Positions 49,712 through 57,641 of a DNA stretch of 64,000 bases are shown in pieces. Under the pieces are notes generated by a model. It had not been told where the DNA came from and ran no database searches. It saw only the letters and a program-made list of their open reading frames with translations. Every line of letters starts with the position of its first letter. The first letter of the stretch is position 1. This DNA is from Candidatus Poribacteria bacterium (GTDB lineage Bacteria; Poribacteria; WGA-4E; GCA-2687025): contig OY762492.1 in assembly GCA_963665845.2 (NCBI GenBank), positions 3,685,672-3,749,671 of the forward strand, given 5' to 3'. The translations under genes were made by a program, and so were the position numbers.

Positions 49712-49784
49712 CCCGCTAGCTCAGTGGGAGAGCAACGGACTTTTAATCCGTAGGTCCTGGGTTCGAGTCCCAGGCGGGTCACCA
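49710..49784 (+). tRNA. tRNA-Lys (anticodon UUU), CCA encoded
   Basis: Folded by hand. Acceptor GACCCGC/GCGGGTC, D arm GCTC-AGTGGGA-GAGC, anticodon arm ACGGA-CTTTTAA-TCCGT, T arm CTGGG-TTCGAGT-CCCAG, discriminator A, then CCA. Confidence 0.9.
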
Positions 49785-49811
49785 ACCCCCTCGCCGATAC
49801 AGAAAGCGAAC

Positions 49812-50177
49812 ATGAAAGCGGCTCCAGTTTCCGTACTGCTCGCGCTCAACATTGTCTTGACCATCGCCGCGCAGTCGATGCTTCGCGCCGGCATGAAACA
49901 TATCCAGATGGGCGACAACGCGCTGCGCTTTATCTGGCGCGCCGCGACGAACGGCATGGTGATCGGGGGGATCGTTACGTTCGGCGTCTCGCTGCTGCTC
50001 TGGCTCGCGCTGCTGTCGAAGATGAAACTAAGCGTCCTTTACCCGATGCAGCAGGGGCTGGTGTTCATCGGCATTCAGATTGTGGCATGGAAATTTCTCG
50101 GCGAAGGCGCGTCGCTGGCGCGGTGGGCGGGCGTCGCGGTGATCTGCCTCGGCGTTTATCTCGTTTCTAGAGGTTAA
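49812..50177 (+). CDS. small 4-TM transporter of the DMT/SMR type (EamA half / ArnE-F-like)
   Basis: 121 aa with four hydrophobic helices. The C-terminal motif …RWAGVAVICLGVYLVSR is typical of EamA/SMR-like proteins. Confidence 0.55.
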   Translation: MKAAPVSVLLALNIVLTIAAQSMLRAGMKHIQMGDNALRFIWRAATNGMVIGGIVTFGVSLLLWLALLSKMKLSVLYPMQQGLVFIGIQIVAWKFLGEGASLARWAGVAVICLGVYLVSRG

Positions 50178-50185
50178 CTGATATT

Positions 50186-50478
50186 CATGGGAAAAAAAGC
50201 GCCGCCAACAAGATCGTTCTCCGCTTCCGCGAGGACATGCATTCCCGCGCCCCTCCTCGTCATTCCCGCGCAAGCGGGAATCTTAGCCGCCGCGGGAGCT
50301 GTCCGCCCCCGCGGAAACCCCCCCTGCCCCCCTTTTCAAGGGGGGAGTCTAGAGACCCGCACCCTTATAGTCTGCCCCGTGAAAACGGGGTCATTCCCGC
50401 GTAAGCGGGAATCCAGAGGCAGCGCAGAAGACGTCGGCGTTCGCCAGACGGAATGTTCCAACTAAAGACGTAAGGTCA
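50186..50478. repeat. repeat cluster filling the whole intergenic gap, ending 4 nt before the ankyrin gene ATG
   Basis: Contains the CATGGGAAAAAAAG…GAGGACATGC module, two ATTCCCGCG-N4-CGGGAAT hairpins, a G/C hairpin, CCCCGTGAAAACGGGG and an inverted 75-nt module (50414-50478). Confidence 0.9.
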
Positions 50479-50482
50479 GAAG

Positions 50483-51745
50483 ATGCGCGTTGAACAGTTT
50501 TTTGTTTTGGTTAAAAAGAACGACGCCGACGCGGTCCGCGCCGCCCTGGATTCCGACCCGTCCCTGTTAGAAGCGTTGGACGGCGATCATCAGCCGATTC
50601 ATGAGGCGGCGCTGCGCGGGAACGCCGCCGTCTTGAACGCGCTCATCGAATGCGGAGCCGACATTAACCGAGAAAACGGCTGGGGATGGACGCCGATCGT
50701 CTTAGCCGCCTACCATAACCGCCTCGAAGCGGTACGGCGACTCATCGCGGCGGGGGCGAAGGTCGGCGAAGACGGCGGGAATCCGATACATTACGCTGGT
50801 CAAAATCGGCATCAAGAGATATGCCGCCTTTTGGTTGAACATGGCGCCGTCGATTCGCTTGTCCCCGACGGCGATCCTGACGCGCTGTCAGTTTTCCGCG
50901 CCGCTTACGCTTACGACGCCTCAACCCTTCAGCGACTCTTAAAACGGCGTCCTGATTTGGCGAACGCGCGCGACCGTTACGACCGTACCCCCATGCATGA
51001 AGCGGCGACAGGCGGCGCATTGGAGGTTGTCAAAACGCTCATCGCGGCGGGCGGCGATGTGAACGCCGAGGATGAAGACGGCGAAACGCCCCTGACGCGC
51101 GCCGCGGCGCATCGTCAAGAGGAGGTTGTGGAAACGCTCATCGCCGCCGGCGCGCGCGTCGACCTGTTCTCCGCTGTCCAGTTCAACATACTGGAGGAGG
51201 CGCGGCGGCTGCTTGAAGAAAAACCAGACCTAGCCCGCGCTGAGCATAACGGACATGCGCTGACCGAATGGGCGGCTGAAGCGGGGTATGTGGAGATGGG
51301 GCGGCTGTTGGCGGAATTCGGCGCGGAGATCGACATCCATGCAGCCGCCAGCTTTGGATTGACGGAACGCGCCGCGCAGCTTCTGGACGACAACCCTGAC
51401 CTTGTACATGCGCAGCGCGCGATGGGCGAATACGCGCCTCTCCATGCCGCCGCCGAATGCGGACACGCAGAAACGGCCGCGCTGCTCATCCAACGCGGAG
51501 CCGACCTGAATCAGAAAAACGGCTGGGGATTTCGACCGCTGCATCTGAGCGTTCTGGCGGCGCGGGGGCATGCCCCGACCGAAGCGCATCTGCGTATCAC
51601 ACGCGCGCTGATCGAGAACGGCGCCGATCTGGAACCTGAAGACGACTACGGACGAACGCCGCTCTCGCTGGCGGAGGGACACTGGACGAAGGGGGAGATC
51701 GAACACGCGCTCATCGATCTGCTCCGAACTGCTATAGACGCTTAG
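50483..51745 (+). CDS. ankyrin-repeat protein (~10 repeats)
   Basis: Repeated …TP(L/I)H.AA..G…(V/A)..L(I/L)..GA(D/K)(V/I)N units. Confidence 0.9.
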   Translation: MRVEQFFVLVKKNDADAVRAALDSDPSLLEALDGDHQPIHEAALRGNAAVLNALIECGADINRENGWGWTPIVLAAYHNRLEAVRRLIAAGAKVGEDGGNPIHYAGQNRHQEICRLLVEHGAVDSLVPDGDPDALSVFRAAYAYDASTLQRLLKRRPDLANARDRYDRTPMHEAATGGALEVVKTLIAAGGDVNAEDEDGETPLTRAAAHRQEEVVETLIAAGARVDLFSAVQFNILEEARRLLEEKPDLARAEHNGHALTEWAAEAGYVEMGRLLAEFGAEIDIHAAASFGLTERAAQLLDDNPDLVHAQRAMGEYAPLHAAAECGHAETAALLIQRGADLNQKNGWGFRPLHLSVLAARGHAPTEAHLRITRALIENGADLEPEDDYGRTPLSLAEGHWTKGEIEHALIDLLRTAIDA

Positions 51746-51755
51746 AGGCGGCGCG

Positions 51756-52709
51756 ATGAACATTCAGAACAGCGTTTTAGAGGCGGTCGGCGCAACGCCG
51801 CTCATTGCCCTTGACCGCATACGCCCAAAAAACGGCGCGCGCATCCTCTTGAAACTGGAGCTGATGAACCCAGGCGCCAGCATGAAAGACCGCATCGCTC
51901 TCCAGATCATCGAAGACGCGGAGGCGGCTGGGCGTCTGAAACCGGGCGGCGACGTCGTGGAGCTGACCAGCGGCAATACCGGCATCGGTTTGGCGATGGC
52001 GTGCGCCGTGAAGGGGTATCGGATGACGGCGGTCATGTCGGAGGGCAACTCGGTGGAGCGGCGGAGCGTTCTGTCGGCGCTGGGCGCGCGCGTGGAGCTG
52101 GTTGCGCAGGCGGGCGGGTCGGCGCCTGGACAGGTTTCTAAAGAGGATCTGGAGCTGGTGGAAGAACGGACGCGGGAGCTGGCGCGCGAACTGGGCGCCT
52201 TCCGCCCTGACCAGTTCAACAATGAGAGCAACCCGCGGGCGCATGAGCTTGGAACGGGGCGCGAAATCTGGGAGCAGACGGGCGGACAGGTGGACGCCTT
52301 TACAGCGGCGGTCGGCACGGGAGGGACGTTCGTCGGCGCGGCGCGCGCGTTGAAATCGCGCAATCCGCGCGTGAAATGTTACGCGGTGGAGCCGACGGGC
52401 GCGCCGTATCTGGCGGGCGGGGAGATAACGAACACGCGCCATCAGATACAGGGCGCCGGGTACGCCGTGACGCCCGGTTTCTGGGATGAGTCGATGGCGG
52501 ACGGGTATCTCGCCGTTTCGGACAATGAGGCGGCGGAGGCGGCGCGCCGCTTGGCGCGTCGGGAGGGCGTCCTGGCGGGCTATTCAACAGGGGCGAACGT
52601 CGCCGCGGCGGAACGGCTCGCGCGTTCGATGCCGCCGAGCGCCGTTGTCGTTACGGTCGCATGCGATTCAGGGATGCGGTATTTGAGCGAGAACCTTTAC
52701 CGTCTCTGA
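51756..52709 (+). CDS. cysK: PLP-dependent cysteine synthase / CBS-family enzyme
   Basis: LELMNPGASMKDRIAL (PLP lysine), TSGNTGIGLA and GTGGTFVG. Confidence 0.85.
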   Translation: MNIQNSVLEAVGATPLIALDRIRPKNGARILLKLELMNPGASMKDRIALQIIEDAEAAGRLKPGGDVVELTSGNTGIGLAMACAVKGYRMTAVMSEGNSVERRSVLSALGARVELVAQAGGSAPGQVSKEDLELVEERTRELARELGAFRPDQFNNESNPRAHELGTGREIWEQTGGQVDAFTAAVGTGGTFVGAARALKSRNPRVKCYAVEPTGAPYLAGGEITNTRHQIQGAGYAVTPGFWDESMADGYLAVSDNEAAEAARRLARREGVLAGYSTGANVAAAERLARSMPPSAVVVTVACDSGMRYLSENLYRL

Positions 52710-52729
52710 CCTTCGCGGTGAAGCATGCC

Positions 52730-53092
52730 TTATGCAGAATCTGCTGCATCGTTCGCACGATCGCTTGCAGCATTTAGCGCATTCTTCTTATTATCCAGTA
52801 TCTTTGCTAATTCCACATTCGAATCTATAAGTTTTGTATAAAATTCAGTATTCGATTTCTTTATATCCGCATAAAGCTTATTATTCGATTCATGCATATC
52901 TGCATAAAGCTTATTATTCGATTCGTTCATATCTGTGTAAACTTTATTATTCGATTTGTTTATATCTGCATAAATTTCTGCCATTCGCTCACGAGTTTTG
53001 AGAGTTTCTCTAACTAGCCATATAAGTAATATAAGAATGGCGATCTCAGGACTTTTTTCGATTACGGCAGGCAACAATGTTGAGAGATTCAT
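52730..53092 (-). CDS. low-GC hypothetical membrane-anchored protein with five 11-aa tandem repeats
   Basis: N-terminal TM helix PEIAILILLIWLV, then (Y[AT]D[IM]..SN.K[LV])x5, encoded by 33-bp tandem repeats at 52863, 52896, 52929 and 52962. The local GC is clearly far below the neighbours (roughly mid-30s %, by eye). Confidence 0.6.
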   Translation of the reverse strand: MNLSTLLPAVIEKSPEIAILILLIWLVRETLKTRERMAEIYADINKSNNKVYTDMNESNNKLYADMHESNNKLYADIKKSNTEFYTKLIDSNVELAKILDNKKNALNAASDRANDAADSA

Positions 53093-53166
53093 GATGCTCC
53101 ATTCAAAATGACCAACTACTCATGTGTGAAACGGATAGACAAGCATGGGGGTTTCAATTTTCCATT

Positions 53167-53391
53167 TCAAAGAACGCCTTGCTTCTTCAGCTCCGCTAGC
53201 ATAAATGCCTGCGAGCGGTCCCCTTTCAGGCTGTTGCATGCGACGCACAACAGTTGCAGGTTCTTCTCATGGTCAGAACCGCCTCTGCTGCGCGGAACGA
53301 TATGGTCTATCGTAAAGTTGCAGAACGGAAACATCGCGCGGCAACCGGCGCAAGGCCCCTCCTGTTTGCCGAGAAACAGATACTCCCGCAC
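53167..53391 (-). CDS. stand-alone HNH endonuclease domain protein (74 aa)
   Basis: CAGC…FTIDHIVPRSRGGSDHEKNLQLLCVACNSLKG. GTG start abutting a repeat element. Paralogous to the C-terminus of 53554-55062. Confidence 0.65.
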   Translation of the reverse strand: MREYLFLGKQEGPCAGCRAMFPFCNFTIDHIVPRSRGGSDHEKNLQLLCVACNSLKGDRSQAFMLAELKKQGVL

Positions 53392-53468
53392 AAACGGGAA
53401 TCCAGAGGCGGCGCAGAAACGGTCCGCGTTCGCCCTCCGGCATGTCCCAACTTAAGACGCAAGATCAG
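53391..53468 (-). repeat. inverted copy of the 75-nt module plus hairpin remnant
   Basis: The reverse complement reads CTGATCTTGCGTCTTAAGTTGGGACATGCCGGAGGGCGAACGCGGACCGTTTCTGCGCCGCCTCTGGATTCCCG. Confidence 0.85.
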
Positions 53469-53553
53469 TTGCTGACGGCTTCGCTTGCGCAATTCCGGGC
53501 ATTCATGTAATGTGGAGGCGTCAGGGTCTGCTGCGCTTTCTCCAGGAGGGTAG

Positions 53554-55062
53554 ATGAAACAAGAAACGCGCCCGGCCAACTTCGCTTCGCAAACGATATG
53601 GACAGGCGACAACCTGGACATCATGCGCGGCATGAACTCCGACAGCGTCGACCTGATCTACCTTGATCCGCCCTTCAACAGCAAGGCAAACTACGCCGCC
53701 CCTATCGGAAGCAAAGCGGCCGGCGCCGCCTTCAAAGACACCTGGGGGCTGGACGATGTGAATCTGGTCTGGCACGGCGAGATCAAGCATGAATATCCCG
53801 GCCTATACGCTCTCCTGACGGCAACGCGCGAGATTCATGGCGCCTCCATGATGAGCTACCTGATCTACATGTCCATACGCATTATGGAAATGCGCAGGCT
53901 GTTGAAACCGGCAGGCTCCATCTATCTCCATTGCGACGACACAGCGGGCGCGTATCTGAAACTGCTGATGGACTCGGTGTTCGGGGCGCGGAACTTCCGC
54001 AATGAGCTGATTTGGAAACGGACGGCTGGAAAGGGCTTAAACCCGACGCGATTCATGCGTAACACCGACATCCTCTTACTTTACGGAAAGGGACAAAAGG
54101 CGACGTGGAATCAGCAGTATCTTCCATTTCCGCCTGATTTCGCAGAGGGTTGGCGCGACGATCCGGTTAATGGAAAATGGCAGCCAGCGGACTTGACAGG
54201 CGGCAAGGGCGGCTCCGAATCCGCCTACGCTGAATTCAATGGAGCGCTCCCGCCTGCGGGGCGAGCGTGGGCGCCGCCCCGCCGTGAGAAGTTTCCTCCC
54301 GGCGTTGATCTGCCCGACGACTACGAGGAGCTGACGCCTCTGGAAAAATGCGAGGCGCTGGATCGGGCGGGGATGATCCATTGGTCGTCTGGCGGCAAGC
54401 CCTACTACCGGAAGTTTCTTAGCGCCCTGAAGGGCGTTTACGCCTCTACGCTGATTGAGGACATCCCGCCCGCGAAGGGAGATGAGAGGCTAGGCTATCC
54501 GACGCAAAAGCCGCTGGCGCTTCTCCGCCGCATCATCAAGGCGTCCTCGAACGAGGGCGATATGGTCATGGATCCGTTCTGCGGCTGCGCGACAACCTGC
54601 ATCGCCGCCGAACAGCTACAGCGAGACTGGGTCGGCATCGACATCTCGGAGAAGGCGGCGGATCTTGTTCAGTCGCGCCTGCGGGAAGAAGTCGGGCTGA
54701 CATACCAAGGCGCGCATCGGACCGACATTCCCAAACGAACCGACTTGGGCAAGATTCCGAAATACAATTGCGCCGAGAACCGCCGTTATCTTTACGGACA
54801 GCAGGGCGGTTACTGCACTGCTTGCGGGACGCATTTTGAGCCGCGGCATTTTCAGGTGGATCATATCATCCCGCGCGCGAATGGCGGGAACGACCATATC
54901 AGCAACCTGCAGCTTCTGTGCGGCTCATGCAACGCGCATAAAGGCACAAAGTCGCATGAGGAGCTGATCAAGCTGCTGACCGATAAGGGATGGATCAAGC
55001 GGCGGCAAGAGATGATCGCTAAAGGAAACCGCCAATCCAAACAGGCGCCGCCGAACGAATAG
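53554..55062 (+). CDS. beta-class N6/N4 DNA methyltransferase fused to a C-terminal HNH nuclease domain
   Basis: Motif IV DLIYLDPPFNS lies near the N-terminus and motif I DPFCGCATTCIAAEQL near residue 345. The C-terminal ~90 aa are CTACGTHFEPRHFQVDHIIPRANGGNDHISNLQLLCGSCNAHKG. AGGAGGG precedes the ATG. Confidence 0.85.
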   Translation: MKQETRPANFASQTIWTGDNLDIMRGMNSDSVDLIYLDPPFNSKANYAAPIGSKAAGAAFKDTWGLDDVNLVWHGEIKHEYPGLYALLTATREIHGASMMSYLIYMSIRIMEMRRLLKPAGSIYLHCDDTAGAYLKLLMDSVFGARNFRNELIWKRTAGKGLNPTRFMRNTDILLLYGKGQKATWNQQYLPFPPDFAEGWRDDPVNGKWQPADLTGGKGGSESAYAEFNGALPPAGRAWAPPRREKFPPGVDLPDDYEELTPLEKCEALDRAGMIHWSSGGKPYYRKFLSALKGVYASTLIEDIPPAKGDERLGYPTQKPLALLRRIIKASSNEGDMVMDPFCGCATTCIAAEQLQRDWVGIDISEKAADLVQSRLREEVGLTYQGAHRTDIPKRTDLGKIPKYNCAENRRYLYGQQGGYCTACGTHFEPRHFQVDHIIPRANGGNDHISNLQLLCGSCNAHKGTKSHEELIKLLTDKGWIKRRQEMIAKGNRQSKQAPPNE

Positions 55063-55087
55063 CGCGCTATCGGCGCCTGCGGCGCCT

Positions 55088-55175
55088 AAGATTCCCGTTT
55101 TCACGGGAATGACGAGGGGCGGCGCGGACGCTTTAGGGTTAAAAATGAATGTCATCGTATGAGCGTACTGCCGAA
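55088..55175 (+). repeat. ATTCCCGTTTTCACGGGAATGACG hairpin + GTCATCGTATGAGCGTACTGCC module
   Basis: Direct reading. Confidence 0.85.
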
Positions 55176-55240
55176 ATACGGCAGGGTTGCGTCAGCGGCT
55201 TCCTCTCGTGTATGATGAGCAAAACAGAGCGGAGGGCGGC

Positions 55241-56149
55241 ATGTTCAAGCGATTAGGGTTGAGATGGGCGGTATGCGCGGTTTGGACGGCATGCGCGGGC
55301 GTCGCCGCGGCGGATGGCGAACATATCTTTCCGTCGCTCAACATCGCGCTTGGCGCGGCCGCCGTCGGCACAGGGCAATCCGGCTCCGCCGACTCCGCCG
55401 ACGCCTACTCCATCTATTGGAACCCTGCGGGACTCGCGCTGGCGCGCCAAACGGAGATTGCCGCAATGAGCAACGCATGGGTTCTGGATGTCCAGCAGAG
55501 CTGCGCCGCGCTTGCGCATCCGCTTTCGGACAAGATCGGCGCCGGGTTTTTGGTGAGCTATCTCGACTACGGCGAAATTGTCCGAAGGGACGACAACGGA
55601 AACGAGACGGGGCAGTTCCGCCCTTATGACCTTGTCGCAGGCGCGGGTCTCGGCGCGAATGTCGGCGCTCAAACCCATATTGGCGCCGCTGTCAAGTATC
55701 TGCTTCAAGAGATCGACGGCGAATCGGCGGACGGAATCGCGCTGGATGTCGGCATACGGCGCGAGTTCTTGAACGGACGCGCCTCCGCGGCCGCCTCCGC
55801 GCACCATATCGGAAACGGGATCGGTTTTGACGAGGAGCGGTTTCCGCTGCCGACAACGTTTCGGGTCGGCGGGGCGTACCGTTTCGAGTCGGCGGTTCTG
55901 GTAGCGGACGCGGCGTTTCCGTCCGGCGCGGATACGCTCATCGGCGCCGGCATGAGCGTCCGCCCCTTGGAGCTGTTGACGCTGCGCGGAGGGTATCGAT
56001 ACGAACTTGGCGGAAACGATCTCGGCGCGCTGTCGGGGCTGACGGTCGGCTTTGGGCTGCATATTGAGCCGTTTACGGTCGATTATGCGCTGGTGTCGAT
56101 GGGGTCGCTGGGTCCGTCGAATCGGGTGTCGGTTGCCGTGCTGTTTTGA
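55241..56149 (+). CDS. outer-membrane beta-barrel protein (PorV/PorQ-like)
   Basis: Signal MFKRLGLRWAVCAVWTACAGVAAA. The motif G.G.SGSADSADAYSIYWNPAGLA, an alternating beta-strand pattern and a C-terminal …VSVAVLF are present. The ATG at 55241 follows GGAGGG. Confidence 0.5.
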   Translation: MFKRLGLRWAVCAVWTACAGVAAADGEHIFPSLNIALGAAAVGTGQSGSADSADAYSIYWNPAGLALARQTEIAAMSNAWVLDVQQSCAALAHPLSDKIGAGFLVSYLDYGEIVRRDDNGNETGQFRPYDLVAGAGLGANVGAQTHIGAAVKYLLQEIDGESADGIALDVGIRREFLNGRASAAASAHHIGNGIGFDEERFPLPTTFRVGGAYRFESAVLVADAAFPSGADTLIGAGMSVRPLELLTLRGGYRYELGGNDLGALSGLTVGFGLHIEPFTVDYALVSMGSLGPSNRVSVAVLF

Positions 56150-56174
56150 CGGGAGCGTCAAACGACCAATAACT

Positions 56175-56378
56175 GACCTCATATGTAAAGTTGGGACAGC
56201 TGAACGAACAAAGCCTTTATTCATGGGAAAAAGCGTCGCCAACCAGACCGTCCCCCGCTTACGCGAGGACATGCATTCCCGCGCAAGCGGGAATCCAGAG
56301 GCAAACAAAGAACGTCTAAATATCCCAAACACATCCCGCGAACCAAACCAGTCATTCCCGCGCAAGCGGGAATCTTAA
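56175..56378. repeat. repeat cluster (module fragments + two ATTCCCGCGCAAGCGGGAAT hairpins)
   Basis: Hairpins at 56274-56300 and 56351-56377. Confidence 0.85.
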
Positions 56379-56496
56379 AAGCGTTATCTTCTGATCAAAC
56401 GCCATCGCCCCCAATAAGTCCATCTGGGCATGAAGCCGCTCTTACCGTCATTGACGAAGACATTTCAGCCATGCGCCAAAGATACGGAATCAACCC

Positions 56497-57633
56497 ATGA
56501 CACAGACGGGCGTCCTTTTCGGCGTCGCCGCGCCAGAGTTCGTTCCGACGGAAGGGATCAAGTATATCGGCTCCAAACTAAAGCTGATTCCGCATATCCT
56601 GCGGCTTGTGAAGAAGGTTGACGCCAAAACGGTTCTGGACGGCTTTTCCGGCACGACGCGAGTCTCGCAGGCGCTCGCCAAGCTCGGCTATACGGTTGTC
56701 TGCAACGACATCGCCGCATGGTCAAAAACGTTCGGCGCCTGCTATCTTCTGAATTCTAAACCGAAAGAGGCGTATCAGCCTCTCATTGACCGCCTCAACG
56801 CCGTTCCGCCCGCGGACGGATGGTTTACTGAGCATTACGGCGGCGATTCAAACGGGGGGCTTTCCATTCAAAAGGACGGACTTAAAAAGCCATGGCAGCG
56901 GCATAACACGCGCAAACTGGACGCGATCCGACAGGAAATCGACAACCTGCGCCTAGACCCCGTGGAGAAAGCGGTCGCCCTCACAAGCCTTATTTTAGCG
57001 TTGGACAAAGTGGACAACAGCCTAGGGCATTTTTCCTCCTATTTAAAAGATTGGCCGCCCAGATCGTATCGAGCGTTGACGCTGCGTACGCCGGAGACGT
57101 TCATCTCTGAAGGAAACCATCAGGTGTATCAGAGCGACATATTCGATCTTGTACCGCGCGTTTCGGCGGATCTCGCCTATTTTGACCCGCCTTACGGATC
57201 CAACAACGAAAAAATGCCGGCTTCCCGCGTTCGTTACGCCGCTTACTACCACCTATGGAAAACTGTCGTCCTTAATGATAAGCCGCCGCTTTTTGGCAAG
57301 GCGAAACGGCGAAAAGACACCTCCGACACCCTTGCCGCGTCCGTCTTCGAAGAATTTCGAAGCAATAGCGGCGGTCAATATATCGCCGTAGAAGCGCTAT
57401 CGACGTTGATCCGAGAAACGCAGGCGCGGTGGGTTCTTCTCTCATACAGCTCGGGCGGCAGAGCGACCGCGCAGCAGCTCAACGATGTCATGCGGGAAAA
57501 CGGCGATCTGCTGGAAGTCGTCAAAATCGGCCACAAGAAAAATGTGATGGCTGGAATGCAATGGACGCATGAGTGGGTCAACGACGCGCAGCAGCCGAAT
57601 CAAGAGTATCTGTTTTTGCTTGAAAAAGCGTAG
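56497..57633 (+). CDS. Dam-like (D12 class, alpha-type) N6-adenine DNA methyltransferase
   Basis: KYIGSKLKLIPHI, LDGFSGTTRV (motif I) and LAYFDPPYGS (motif IV). Confidence 0.8.
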   Translation: MTQTGVLFGVAAPEFVPTEGIKYIGSKLKLIPHILRLVKKVDAKTVLDGFSGTTRVSQALAKLGYTVVCNDIAAWSKTFGACYLLNSKPKEAYQPLIDRLNAVPPADGWFTEHYGGDSNGGLSIQKDGLKKPWQRHNTRKLDAIRQEIDNLRLDPVEKAVALTSLILALDKVDNSLGHFSSYLKDWPPRSYRALTLRTPETFISEGNHQVYQSDIFDLVPRVSADLAYFDPPYGSNNEKMPASRVRYAAYYHLWKTVVLNDKPPLFGKAKRRKDTSDTLAASVFEEFRSNSGGQYIAVEALSTLIRETQARWVLLSYSSGGRATAQQLNDVMRENGDLLEVVKIGHKKNVMAGMQWTHEWVNDAQQPNQEYLFLLEKA

Positions 57634-57641
57634 CCAAACGC

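Noticed and set aside
49710-51745. tRNA-Lys as an integration site for a genomic island covering the downstream SMR-like and ankyrin genes.
   Set aside because: There is no integrase, no direct repeat of the tRNA 3' end downstream, and no compositional break until 52710.
55253-56365. 370-aa minus-strand ORF opposite the outer-membrane barrel gene.
   Set aside because: It is a shadow frame. It also reads through the intergenic repeat cluster at 56175-56365, which is never coding elsewhere.
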